From an uncultured Planctomycetota bacterium (GTDB lineage: Bacteria > Planctomycetota > Planctomycetia > Isosphaerales > Isosphaeraceae), in NCBI GenBank assembly GCA_963737655.1, contig CAVTTN010000002.1:1344001-1408000 (forward strand): a stretch of DNA of 64,000 nt, given 5' to 3'. A model generated the notes under the pieces. The model saw nothing but the letters and a program-made list of their open reading frames with translations. It was not told the origin of the DNA and made no database searches. A program made the translations under genes and the position numbers. Positions 1-10,110 of this stretch are shown piece by piece; the first letter of the stretch is position 1, and each line of letters begins with the position of its first letter.

Positions 1-539
1 TGGACGATCCAGTGCCGCAAGTCCTGATCCGTCAATCCGTTGAGTCGTTTCAAGATCCGCTTCTGGAACTCCTCGGGTTCCAGGGACGGCAGCTCGGCGA
101 GCGTCGGCGAGGGGGACTGGCCCCTCCGAAGCAGCAATCGGCCGACGATCGCCTCCGGGTTCGGCGGATCGACGGCGCGGGGCACGTCGCGGGCCAGCAT
201 CCCGCACAGGACGCCCGCCCCCCTCATCGGCCGGCCCGCCTGCCGGAACGCCGAGGCCAGGGCCTCCAGCCTCGCCTGCCCCGGTCCCAGGTCGGGCAAC
301 CGCCCCCCGGCCCCGATCAGACGGAGCAGATGGAGGACATAGGCAAAATGCATGGGTGGGCGGGTCGAGTGAAGCCCGTGGAGGAACAGGGCCAGCTCGC
401 CGCTCATGGCGAACGTCAGGCCGATCTCGGGCGACTCGGCCGAGTGCTCGATGGCCTCGCCGTCGGCCGACCAGCGGAGGCCGCCGAGCCACGTCCCGTA
501 GTCCTCGGGGATGGCGAAGTATTCATCCAGGCGGCTCAT
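1..539 (-). CDS. N-terminal part of large bpX0(-vWA-beta-propeller)-type protein of a MoxR ternary system; runs off the left edge
   Basis: Not in the ORF track; translated by hand from the ATG at 539, which overlaps the upstream stop (ATGA): MSRLDEYFAIPEDYGTWLGGLRWSADGEAIEH...TFAMSGELALFLHGL...PPMHFAYVLHLLRL. Resembles bpX0 and sits in the expected operon position. Confidence 0.65.
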   Translation of the reverse strand, partial: MSRLDEYFAIPEDYGTWLGGLRWSADGEAIEHSAESPEIGLTFAMSGELALFLHGLHSTRPPMHFAYVLHLLRLIGAGGRLPDLGPGQARLEALASAFRQAGRPMRGAGVLCGMLARDVPRAVDPPNPEAIVGRLLLRRGQSPSPTLAELPSLEPEEFQKRILKRLNGLTDQDLRHWIV

Positions 540-1267
540 GGAGCGGCCTCCGCCCCGGATCGCCGGATCGCCGCCCGGGAAACCGGCCCGAACCCCTCCA
601 TCGCGACGATTTCGCAACCGTCCGCCTCGATCACGAGCAAATCGCCATCCTCGACCCCCAGGGCCCGGAGGATCGCCGGCTCGGGCAGGCCCGGATCGGG
701 CCGGAACCCCAGGGGGCAGAGCAGCCGATCCCCCCAGAACCGCTCCGCGGAGGCGATCGGCGGCAAGGGATGGCCCCGGACGAGCACCTCGTCCCCGGCC
801 CGAGCGACGGAAACGGCTCGCAGGGCCGCCGAAGTCGCCCAATCGGCCCATGCTTCCAGGTCGCTCCGCCGGCACCGGATCGCCGAGGCGGCCCGGGGTC
901 GGTCGTCCCGCCGGAGCCCCAGCCGGACCGGCGACGGAGCCGGCTCATCGGCCCCAAGCGGCCGGACGGGCTGAGGGGACAGGGCCCGGACCAGCGGGAC
1001 CGCCCGTTCGGAGTCCAGAGGGGTGCCGAACGCCGGGAGCCGACCGCCCAGCGGGAACCACTCGCCCCCTCGTTCCTCGAAGAGATCGACCTCGGGGATG
1101 GCCATCACTCGATGGGCGATCCGCTCGTCGCCGTCCTCCCAGAGAACCCAGGTTCGCTCACCGTCCAGGATCACCGCAATCCCCGGCTCGCGGCGAAGAT
1201 CGGCCAGGGCCTCCAGAGACGAGGCTGGGAACCGGGCCGCTCGGGGAAGGTTCGGGCGTGATCCCAT
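536..1267 (-). CDS. bpX2-like domain protein (MoxR-vWA-beta-propeller ternary system)
   Basis: ARFPASSLEALADLR...GGRLPAFG...GHPLPPIASAERFWGDRLLCPLGFRPDP; lies downstream of the MoxR gene. Confidence 0.65.
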   Translation of the reverse strand: MGSRPNLPRAARFPASSLEALADLRREPGIAVILDGERTWVLWEDGDERIAHRVMAIPEVDLFEERGGEWFPLGGRLPAFGTPLDSERAVPLVRALSPQPVRPLGADEPAPSPVRLGLRRDDRPRAASAIRCRRSDLEAWADWATSAALRAVSVARAGDEVLVRGHPLPPIASAERFWGDRLLCPLGFRPDPGLPEPAILRALGVEDGDLLVIEADGCEIVAMEGFGPVSRAAIRRSGAEAAP

Positions 1268-1301
1268 CGGAGACCTCGTGAACGACCCTGAATTCAGGAA
1301 G

Positions 1302-1418
1302 GGCCTTCGGCATCCGCAGAGGACGCAGAGTTCGCAGATAATCCAGATTAAGTGAGAGACTCGACCTTCTTGATTTCACAATCTGCGAACGCTGCGTCCT
1401 CTGCGGATGCCGAAGGCC
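1302..1418. repeat. Long inverted repeat (38-bp arms, 1 mismatch), MITE/REP-like
   Basis: GGCCTTCGGCATCCGCAGAGGACGCAGAGTTCGCAGAT (1302-1339) and its reverse complement (1381-1418) flank an AT-richer spacer. Confidence 0.9.
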
Positions 1419-1506
1419 TGAAATGCGGTTTTCGACGGCGGAATTGCTCATCCATTCGAAATCATGGCGAGCGGGAAAAACCCGCCGTGTCTCCTGGATG
1501 CTCCAT

Positions 1507-2634
1507 TCAACCCAGTCTCTCCAGGATCTCGGCGGCGCGTTTGCGGAGGTGGCCTCGGGGGCCGGGTTCGGCCAGCCAGGAGGCGCGGTCGGCCAGGTCG
1601 ACGACCCGTTCGCGGATTCGGGCGATGGCGGAGAGGCTGGGGGCGCCGCCGTCCAGCTCCTTCTCGGCCGCGTCCAGGGCGCGGGCGACCTCCTCGCCGT
1701 CGACCCGGCCGGGGACGGCGGCCAGGGCGTGCGAATCGGCCTCGTGGGCGAGCGGTTCGAGGACGCCGTCGATCAGCGCCCGGAGCGGCCCGATCTGCTC
1801 CTCGCGGTCCCAGACATAGCGCAGCGGCCAGAGGTCCGTGAGGCTCGCCGCCTTCCGGCCGCACAGCACGGCCGACGCCGCCACCAGCTTCAACAGCTTC
1901 ACCGCCCGGCGGTCCGAGACCGCGATCCCCAGGTCGCGGACGCGGAAGATGACCTCCGCGTACCGCTCCGAGACGGCCGAGAGGTCCACCTCGAAGACCC
2001 GTTGGGAGAGGGTGCGCAGGTCTCCGGCCGTCAACGACGAGGCGATCGGCGGGGCGTGCTCGATCTCCCAGCCGGCGGCCAGGAGCCGGGGCATCGATTC
2101 GCGCTTGAGGTTATCGACATGGCATCGCAACAGGAACCGATCGAACAGGGCCCGCAGCGCCTCGTCTTCCGGCAGGCCGTTGGAGGCCGAGAACAGCGAG
2201 AGCAGGGGCAGGGCGTGGACCTCCGCCCCCCGGCGATAGACCCGTTCGTTCAGGACCGAGAGCAGGTTGTTGAGGATCGCGCTATTGGCGTTGAAAAGTT
2301 CGTCGAGGAACGCGAATTCGGCCTCCGGGAGCATCCCGGTGGTCACCGTGGCCACGGTCCCCTCGCGCAACCTGGCCAGGTCGATGGGCCCGAAGACCTC
2401 GTTGGGCTCGGAGAATCGCGTGAGGAGATACTCGAAGTATCGGCCCTGGACGGCCTCGGCGAACTGGCGAATCAAGGCGGATTTGGCGGTCCCCGGGGGC
2501 CCGTGGAGGAACAGGTGCTCGCCGGCGACGGTGGCCAGGGCGATCAGGTCCACGACCTCGTCCCGGCCGACGAACCGGGCCTTCAGCGGCTCGACGACCT
2601 CGCGGCGGAGCCTCTCCACGGCCTCGTCGCTCAT
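1507..2634 (-). CDS. MoxR/RavA-type AAA+ ATPase
   Basis: Starts MSDEAVERL at 2634; Walker A GPPGTAKS, YLLTRFSEPNEVFGP, FLDELFNANSAILNNLL, ALFDRF, SDRR. Confidence 0.92.
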   Translation of the reverse strand: MSDEAVERLRREVVEPLKARFVGRDEVVDLIALATVAGEHLFLHGPPGTAKSALIRQFAEAVQGRYFEYLLTRFSEPNEVFGPIDLARLREGTVATVTTGMLPEAEFAFLDELFNANSAILNNLLSVLNERVYRRGAEVHALPLLSLFSASNGLPEDEALRALFDRFLLRCHVDNLKRESMPRLLAAGWEIEHAPPIASSLTAGDLRTLSQRVFEVDLSAVSERYAEVIFRVRDLGIAVSDRRAVKLLKLVAASAVLCGRKAASLTDLWPLRYVWDREEQIGPLRALIDGVLEPLAHEADSHALAAVPGRVDGEEVARALDAAEKELDGGAPSLSAIARIRERVVDLADRASWLAEPGPRGHLRKRAAEILERLG

Positions 2635-3230
2635 GAGGCCTCCCCCGCCACGAGGTCCACGAACTCGGCCGCCCGGCCCGAGGGCCTCCAGGAGGGGCGG
2701 CGGCCGCCGAGACGGGCGAACCTCTCGGCATAAAGGAGCATGAGCCCGGGATGATCGGTGAGGTCCGGCGGGGGATCGGGGCCGTCGTCCAGGTCGGCCA
2801 GGACGCCCGAGAGCGGCCAGAGCCTCATCAGGGCCGCCAGGGAGGAGACCAGCGAGTCTCCCGGGTCGATCCCCCGGGCCCGCCGGTAGATCCCGGGCAG
2901 GTAGCGGAACGTGAGGTCCGCCGAGAGGTGGTCCGAGGGCGAGGCCGGAGGGCGAGGCAGGGCCAGGGACCGGGCCAGCTCCTCGGGCCTCTCCTCGCGA
3001 TCGACCAGCGCCCGGCACGCCCGGAACACCACGGCCGCCGCGGCTTCGGCCACGCCCGGCTCGAACGGGATGGCGGGCCCGGCCACGTCCAGCGCATGGA
3101 CCGCATACGCCCCCTGGAGGACGTCGCGAACCACGCCCGGGGGCTCGGGGCCGTCCTCCCCCCGAAGGCCAAGCCGAACGCGGCCCTCGGAGAACAACCG
3201 GCGGAGGAATTCGGAAGGCACGGCGGTCAT
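2631..3230 (-). CDS. bpX4-like domain protein
   Basis: MTAVPSEFLRRLFSEG...HLSADLTFRYLP...WPLSGVL...LLYAER; stop overlaps the MoxR ATG. Confidence 0.7.
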   Translation of the reverse strand: MTAVPSEFLRRLFSEGRVRLGLRGEDGPEPPGVVRDVLQGAYAVHALDVAGPAIPFEPGVAEAAAAVVFRACRALVDREERPEELARSLALPRPPASPSDHLSADLTFRYLPGIYRRARGIDPGDSLVSSLAALMRLWPLSGVLADLDDGPDPPPDLTDHPGLMLLYAERFARLGGRRPSWRPSGRAAEFVDLVAGEAS

Positions 3231-3335
3231 GGATGCGGGCCCGAGCCGGACGGTTCGCCAGCGACGCCCTTCCAGGATACTGCAAGGGACGGCGGGAAGG
3301 GAGCGTCCTGTCGGGCGGAGCCAATCCATCCCGAT

Positions 3336-3481
3336 GTCGGGTGCATGAAATGCACCACCCATGCGGCGGCGGACGGCCGCCTGCCGCCTCGTTCCTGCCT
3401 CCTCATCACCGATCATCCGGGAGGAGGGTTCGGGAGGCGGCCGTCCGCCGCCGCATGGGTGGTGCCTTTCATGCACCCTAC
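3336..3481. repeat. GTAG-type REP doublet (inverted pair)
   Basis: GTCGGGTGCATGAAATGCACCACCCATGCGGCGGCGGACGGCCGCC ... GGCGGCCGTCCGCCGCCGCATGGGTGGTGCCTTTCATGCACCCTAC. Confidence 0.88.
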
Positions 3482-6400
3482 TTACGACGACGTTCCTCCG
3501 GGGCGGCCAGCCGTTTGAGGAGCTCGGCGGCCTGGCTGCCGGCTTCTCGGCGGAGGGCGGATCGGCCCTCGTCCTTCAGGGCCCGGGCCAGCGCCTGGCG
3601 GTCGATCTTCGGCTTGGAGAGGGTGCCGCCGACCCTCATGGTCAGCTTCTCGTTCGGCCCGATCGCCTGGTCCGCCGCGAGGCCCAGCCCCTTCGCCGCA
3701 AGGGCTGATCCGAGAGGCACTTGCACCCAGAGATCGAGCGTCTTATCCAGCCCCACGGCCCCATCCACGCTCAGCGACGCCCCCCGGCCCACCGGGATCG
3801 TCAGCCCTTTCTGGTAAACCTTGCGGTCGGACATCGCCACCTTGACCGTCTCGTTCAGGACCACTTCGGGCTGGCGGCCGTTGGTTGCCAGGTCGAGGAT
3901 CTCCCGGGCTGCCGGGCCGGGGCCGAACCGGACGTCCTCGAACTGGACTTCCCCGGCCAGGGTGACCTGCCGGCTCGCCTCGCCGCCGATCGGGAACTCG
4001 GCGCGATCCAGGACGGCCGAGACCTTGCCGCGGACCTCCGTCGCCTCGTTCAAGATCGGCGCCGCGTAGGACAGCAGCCGCCGGGACACCTCGTCGTCGA
4101 TCGTCGCCCCGCGGACGGCCGAGCCGGGCAGGAGCCTCAACGTCGCGCCCGCCTCGTCGACCAGCGAGAGATCGGGCCTCAGATCGACGCGCCCGCCGTT
4201 GAGCGTCCCGACGATCGGCTCGAACGCGACTCTTCCGCGGGCCATGTGGAAGACGACCGGCGCCGGCCCGAGCCGGAGGCCGGAGGCGTCGGCGCGGACG
4301 AGGTCCAGCCCGCCGTCGGCCTCGATCTCGCGGAGGAGGTCGCCGGCCAGAGGCCCCCGGAGGCGGATCGGCCGGGCCGTCGCCTCGACCCTGGCGTCGG
4401 CCGACACGTTCGAGGCCACGAACGCATCGATCGTCGCCGGATAGACCGCGATCGGCCCCTGCAAGTCGGCGATCCGCCGCCCCGACCACTCGGCGATCGT
4501 CCCGGAAAGCCCGGCGTTGCCGTAACGCGTGGCCACCCCGAGCGCCGCCAGGGCCACGCGATCGGCCTTGCGGTCGTAGGTCGCCTGGATCGCCACGCCG
4601 GACGGGCCGTCCAGCCCCTTGGCCGTCCCCCCGAGCCAGGCGGCCTGGGCCCGATCGAGGATTCCCAGATCGGCGTCGATCCCTCCGTCGATCGTCAGGG
4701 GAAACGCGCCGAACAGGCCGCCGATCCGCAGCCCTCCGGCGGCGATCTTCAGGGAATCGCCCGTCAGGTTGGGCAAGGGTTCCAGCGCCACGGCCCCCTT
4801 GGTGGTGTCGAATCGCCCCTTCGCGGCCAGGGAGAGCGAGGCGCCGGGGTCGGCCGTGGTGAGCTTCCCCCGGAACTGGGCGACGTCGAGGATCGAGCCG
4901 TCCCAGGAGCCCCAGAGCCTCGCGTCGGCCCGGCCCGAGCGGTCCCCATAGAACACCGGCAACGAGCCGACCGCCGAGAGGGCCATCCCGGCCGTGGTCT
5001 GGGTGGCCGAGGCCGCCACCGAGGCATCCGGCAAGGTCACCGCCACCGTCGCCCCCGACCATCGCATCGGCAGCCCGTTCGGGGCGATCGGGCCCCTGGC
5101 CCCGGCCTGAATCCTGGCGAATTCGCGGCGGAACGGCTCGGCGGTCAGCCCTCCGACGGCCGCTCCTTGAATGTCCCCGCCCAGCTTCGCCGAGAACCCC
5201 GCCGCGTCCCGGCGATAATCCGCCTCGAACCGGCCTTTCCCGGCGAGGCGGACCCCCTGGAAATCGACGAGGTCATGGAACTCCCGCTCCAGGCCGGCGA
5301 GATCGACGGTCGCGACGACGTGGACGCCCTCGTCCAGCGAACCCGACCCCTCGGCCGCCAGCCAGGACGAGCGGATTCCCAGTTTCTCGACACGGGCCCC
5401 GCCGTCCCGGGCCACGACCCCGGCGGTCAGGCGGAACGGGTCGCGGACGGCGATCGGCCCGGCCCGGCCCGGGTCGTTGGCGACGAGGTCGGCGAGGTCG
5501 GCGACGACCTCAAGCCTCTGGGCCCCGGCCTCCTCGCGGACGTCGATCCGCACCCGGGCCGTCCCCGTCTTGAGGCTCAGCCCCTCGCGGAGCCGCAACG
5601 CCCGGGGGGCCTGGCGAGACACGGCGGCCAGGTCGATCCGGGCCTCGATCGAGCCGGGCGAGCCGGGAAGGGCCGGGATCGCCCCCCGGGTCCGCACCGA
5701 GCCGACCGGGCAGGCGAGGTCCAATCGCCGAACCGTCAAACCACTCGGGGTTTGCGCCAGGTCCCACGTCCCCCCGAGAGAGTCCACAGCGATCCGGTCG
5801 CCGCCGAGGGCCGGTCCGGTCGCCTCGCCGTCCAGGAGCCGGGCCTCGCCGGTCAGGGTCACCGATCCCGAGTCGCGACGGATGCCGATCGTGCCATCGA
5901 GCCGACCCCGGACGCTCACGCCGCCCCCCCGGGCCACCGCCGGCCACCGCCGGGCGGTCAGGTCCAGGCTCAACCCGGCCGAGGGGTCCAGTTGCCCCGA
6001 GACCGCCAGGCTTTCCCCGTCCCCCTTGCCCAGATCAAGCTGCCAGGTGATCGGCGCGTTTCCGGGAGGGACGGTGGCGGTCAGGTCCAGGCGATCGGCG
6101 ACGAGATGCTCGGGCAACTCCGGGCTGCGGAGCCGGAGCGACCCGTTCACGACCTTCACGACCACGTCGGGCCGGGCCGTCGGCGCCGGAGGAGGGGCGG
6201 GATCGGCGGGAGCCGCGACCTGGGGCGGAGGGCCGCCCAGGAGCGCCCGGACGAGGTTGATCGAGCCGTCCCCTCGCCTCTCCAGGTCCAGGGCCGCCCC
6301 TTCAAGGACCACGGTGCCGAGGTGGGGACGATCGGTCAGCAGATGCCACAACCCCCGATCCCACTCGACCTTCGGCGCCGAGACCAGCGCCTCGCCGTCG

Positions 6401-6642
6401 GCCCCTCGAAGGACCAAGCCCTCGGCCCGGATCGGCCCGAACCACGAGAATTGCAGGCTCGCCGCCTCGACCCGCCCGCCGCCGAGGCTCGAATCGACCC
6501 GGCTCATAATCGTCCGACGCATCGGGCCGGTGCCCAGGATCCAGGGCACGGAGGCGACCGCGCCGATCAGCAAAATCAGGAGGGCGAGGCCGACCTTGAC
6601 GAGCCGCCGTCGCCACCGCCGGACGGGGGGATGCACATCCAT
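3478..6642 (-). CDS. AsmA-like/DUF748-like envelope protein, N-terminal membrane anchor, beta-rich
   Basis: 1054 aa; RRWRRR followed by a hydrophobic helix; repeated beta-strand patterns; C-terminal DGAVGLDKTLDL...VGGTLSKPKID typical of AsmA-like C-termini. Confidence 0.65.
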   Translation of the reverse strand: MDVHPPVRRWRRRLVKVGLALLILLIGAVASVPWILGTGPMRRTIMSRVDSSLGGGRVEAASLQFSWFGPIRAEGLVLRGADGEALVSAPKVEWDRGLWHLLTDRPHLGTVVLEGAALDLERRGDGSINLVRALLGGPPPQVAAPADPAPPPAPTARPDVVVKVVNGSLRLRSPELPEHLVADRLDLTATVPPGNAPITWQLDLGKGDGESLAVSGQLDPSAGLSLDLTARRWPAVARGGGVSVRGRLDGTIGIRRDSGSVTLTGEARLLDGEATGPALGGDRIAVDSLGGTWDLAQTPSGLTVRRLDLACPVGSVRTRGAIPALPGSPGSIEARIDLAAVSRQAPRALRLREGLSLKTGTARVRIDVREEAGAQRLEVVADLADLVANDPGRAGPIAVRDPFRLTAGVVARDGGARVEKLGIRSSWLAAEGSGSLDEGVHVVATVDLAGLEREFHDLVDFQGVRLAGKGRFEADYRRDAAGFSAKLGGDIQGAAVGGLTAEPFRREFARIQAGARGPIAPNGLPMRWSGATVAVTLPDASVAASATQTTAGMALSAVGSLPVFYGDRSGRADARLWGSWDGSILDVAQFRGKLTTADPGASLSLAAKGRFDTTKGAVALEPLPNLTGDSLKIAAGGLRIGGLFGAFPLTIDGGIDADLGILDRAQAAWLGGTAKGLDGPSGVAIQATYDRKADRVALAALGVATRYGNAGLSGTIAEWSGRRIADLQGPIAVYPATIDAFVASNVSADARVEATARPIRLRGPLAGDLLREIEADGGLDLVRADASGLRLGPAPVVFHMARGRVAFEPIVGTLNGGRVDLRPDLSLVDEAGATLRLLPGSAVRGATIDDEVSRRLLSYAAPILNEATEVRGKVSAVLDRAEFPIGGEASRQVTLAGEVQFEDVRFGPGPAAREILDLATNGRQPEVVLNETVKVAMSDRKVYQKGLTIPVGRGASLSVDGAVGLDKTLDLWVQVPLGSALAAKGLGLAADQAIGPNEKLTMRVGGTLSKPKIDRQALARALKDEGRSALRREAGSQAAELLKRLAAPEERRRK

Positions 6643-6790
6643 GAATCTCGGCCTCCATGCCGGCTCGAAAATCCGGGGGGACGGGGCGCGCGGAATCGCG
6701 GCGAGGATCGACGGGCCGGGCCGATCTTATACATCGTCCGAACCGGGCGGCCAACGCCAGTCCGGCCTCCCGTCCGAGGGAAGAAGACCA

Positions 6791-6912
6791 ACCGCCAAGA
6801 CGCCGGGATCGCCAAGGGGAAGACGAGGAGAGGAAGAGAGTTCATGAATTCACCTTGGTTTTTTCTCTCCCTCTCCTCGTCTTCCCCTTGGCGATCCCGG
6901 CGTCTCGGCGGT
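6791..6912. repeat. Long inverted repeat (about 49-bp arms) downstream of asnS, MITE/REP-like
   Basis: ACCGCCAAGACGCCGGGATCGCCAAGGGGAAGACGAGGAGAGG... (6791-6839) pairs with about 6864-6912 with 2 mismatches. Confidence 0.9.
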
Positions 6913-6921
6913 CCCATCCCC

Positions 6922-8331
<1,410 letters not shown>

Positions 8332-8430
8332 GACGGTCCCTTCGGCGAGGCGGCGAGGAGGAATTCCTCAACGACCCCGAGTTTGCCACCCGGAGGGCGA
8401 TCGGGCAAGCGGAAGGGCCGGCCTCGCCCC

Positions 8431-9306
8431 TCAGCCGCCGTCCCGCTTTCGCACCCGGGCGCCGGGAACGAGCACCGGGGCGGGCGTGTTCCGCGTCCGG
8501 CTGTAGACCTCGACGATCCGGCCCGGGCCCGGCGACACGGCGTTGGCCTTGTCGTCGCCGAACCGGAGGGTCAATTCGTCCCCTCGAAGCATGTAGAACC
8601 CCTTCCGCGTCTCCTCCCGCCACGCCGGCCCCTGGGGGTGAAGCCTCGTGTAGACGATCCGGGGCCAGGGGTCCCCCGCCAGTCGCTCGACCCGAACGAA
8701 CGTGCGGACGCCCGCCGTCTCCTCGGACCAGATCCCGTCGGCCACGACGATCCGCCTCTTGAGGGGCACCTGGTCGTCATCGGTGTAGCCCCAGAGCGAC
8801 TCCCACCGCCCCTCGAACTCCGAGGCCGGCTCCGGCTCCACGACCCGGCGATACACCTCGACCACGCGGCCCGGGGCCGGATCGACGCTCGGCGGGGGCG
8901 GGCCCCCCTTCCGGTCGTAGGCGATCCGAAATTCGTTCGCCTCCTTGCGGTACGACCCGACCGTGTGCGACAGGGACATCCAACTGGTGCCCCCCTCGGC
9001 GCAGATCCAGCGATCGAAGATCGGCAGGGCCGGCGAGGGGCGCCTCTCGACCTCCCAGTACAGGCTCGAATTCCGGATCCCTTCCCTCCAGGTCGATCCC
9101 TGGACGATCAGGGGGCTGGGATCGCCCGGTTGGAGCCCCCACCCCCGCGAGCCGGCCAGGGGGTCGCCCAGGCGCTCCGCGAACCGCCAACGCCCCTCGA
9201 ACGCCGACTGCGGCTCAACGCGGCGAACCGGGCCCTCGCCGAGAGGTCCGGCCTGGCAAACCAACAGGGCCATTCGCATCAGCAGAGCGGCCATCCGATC
9301 GAACAT
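8431..9306 (-). CDS. Secreted protein with two TIGR03067-like (planctomycete) domains
   Basis: Signal-like N-terminus; internal duplication FEGRW...PAPGRVVEVYRR / FEGRW...GFYMLRGDELTLRF...PGPGRIVEVYSR. Confidence 0.55.
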   Translation of the reverse strand: MFDRMAALLMRMALLVCQAGPLGEGPVRRVEPQSAFEGRWRFAERLGDPLAGSRGWGLQPGDPSPLIVQGSTWREGIRNSSLYWEVERRPSPALPIFDRWICAEGGTSWMSLSHTVGSYRKEANEFRIAYDRKGGPPPPSVDPAPGRVVEVYRRVVEPEPASEFEGRWESLWGYTDDDQVPLKRRIVVADGIWSEETAGVRTFVRVERLAGDPWPRIVYTRLHPQGPAWREETRKGFYMLRGDELTLRFGDDKANAVSPGPGRIVEVYSRTRNTPAPVLVPGARVRKRDGG

Positions 9307-9342
9307 CGGTTTTTTTCCGTTCGGCTTTCTGTCCGGCAGAAC

Positions 9343-10077
9343 CTAATAATTCACGGCCATCTGCTGGAGGGTCTTCTCCAGCTCGACGATGAAGGTTTCG
9401 AGACCGTGGGCGTCGGCGGCATTCCGGGTCTTCACGCTGGCGAGCGACTCTCTGGCGTAGGCGTTCAGCTTGTTTCGCGCGTCGATCACGTGGCGGATCG
9501 ACGCCTGGTTCGCGTCCCGGGCCTCTCGGGCAACGGCCTGGACCGCGGTTTCGGCGGCGCGTCGGGCGGGGGTGTCGGGAGCGGCGCTCGGCCAGAGGAT
9601 CTTGCCGTCCTCGTTCAGGAGCTGCTCGCGAGGGACCGTGGGCGAGGGACGGGGCCTCGGGCTCGGGCTCGAGCCCCTCGACGTGCCGTTCCAGCTGGGG
9701 AGCGAGGTGATCGCGTTGTAGAGGGGCGCGAAATTGGTCGTGGTCAACGGGGCCGTGCGGATCACGGCGGGACGATAGAACTGGTTCGCCGACCGATAGC
9801 CGGGGCCGACGATCCCGTTGCCGACCCCATAGCCCGAGCCGTAGAACGAAGGTCCGCCGATCCCGACCCCGTAGCCCGAGCCGTAGCCCGAGCCGTAGAA
9901 GGAAGGTGCACCAAGAAACCCAACCGAGCCATAGCCGGAACCGAGGCCGTAGCCCCCGAACTGGCCGACGTTGGGATAACCCGGCGTCCCCCGGATCAGC
10001 TGCGCCTCGACTCGGCCGATCCCGAAGACGCCCAGGACGACGAGGAGCGACGCGCACCAAGCTTTCAGACCGCCCAT
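9343..10077 (-). CDS. Secreted hypothetical protein with Gly/Tyr/Ser-rich repeats
   Basis: Signal peptide ending VEAQ; PSFYGSGYG repeated; helical C-terminal domain. Confidence 0.75.
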   Translation of the reverse strand: MGGLKAWCASLLVVLGVFGIGRVEAQLIRGTPGYPNVGQFGGYGLGSGYGSVGFLGAPSFYGSGYGSGYGVGIGGPSFYGSGYGVGNGIVGPGYRSANQFYRPAVIRTAPLTTTNFAPLYNAITSLPSWNGTSRGSSPSPRPRPSPTVPREQLLNEDGKILWPSAAPDTPARRAAETAVQAVAREARDANQASIRHVIDARNKLNAYARESLASVKTRNAADAHGLETFIVELEKTLQQMAVNY

Positions 10078-10110
10078 GAGAGTTCCTCCCGGACTTCGTG
10101 ATCTCGTCGC

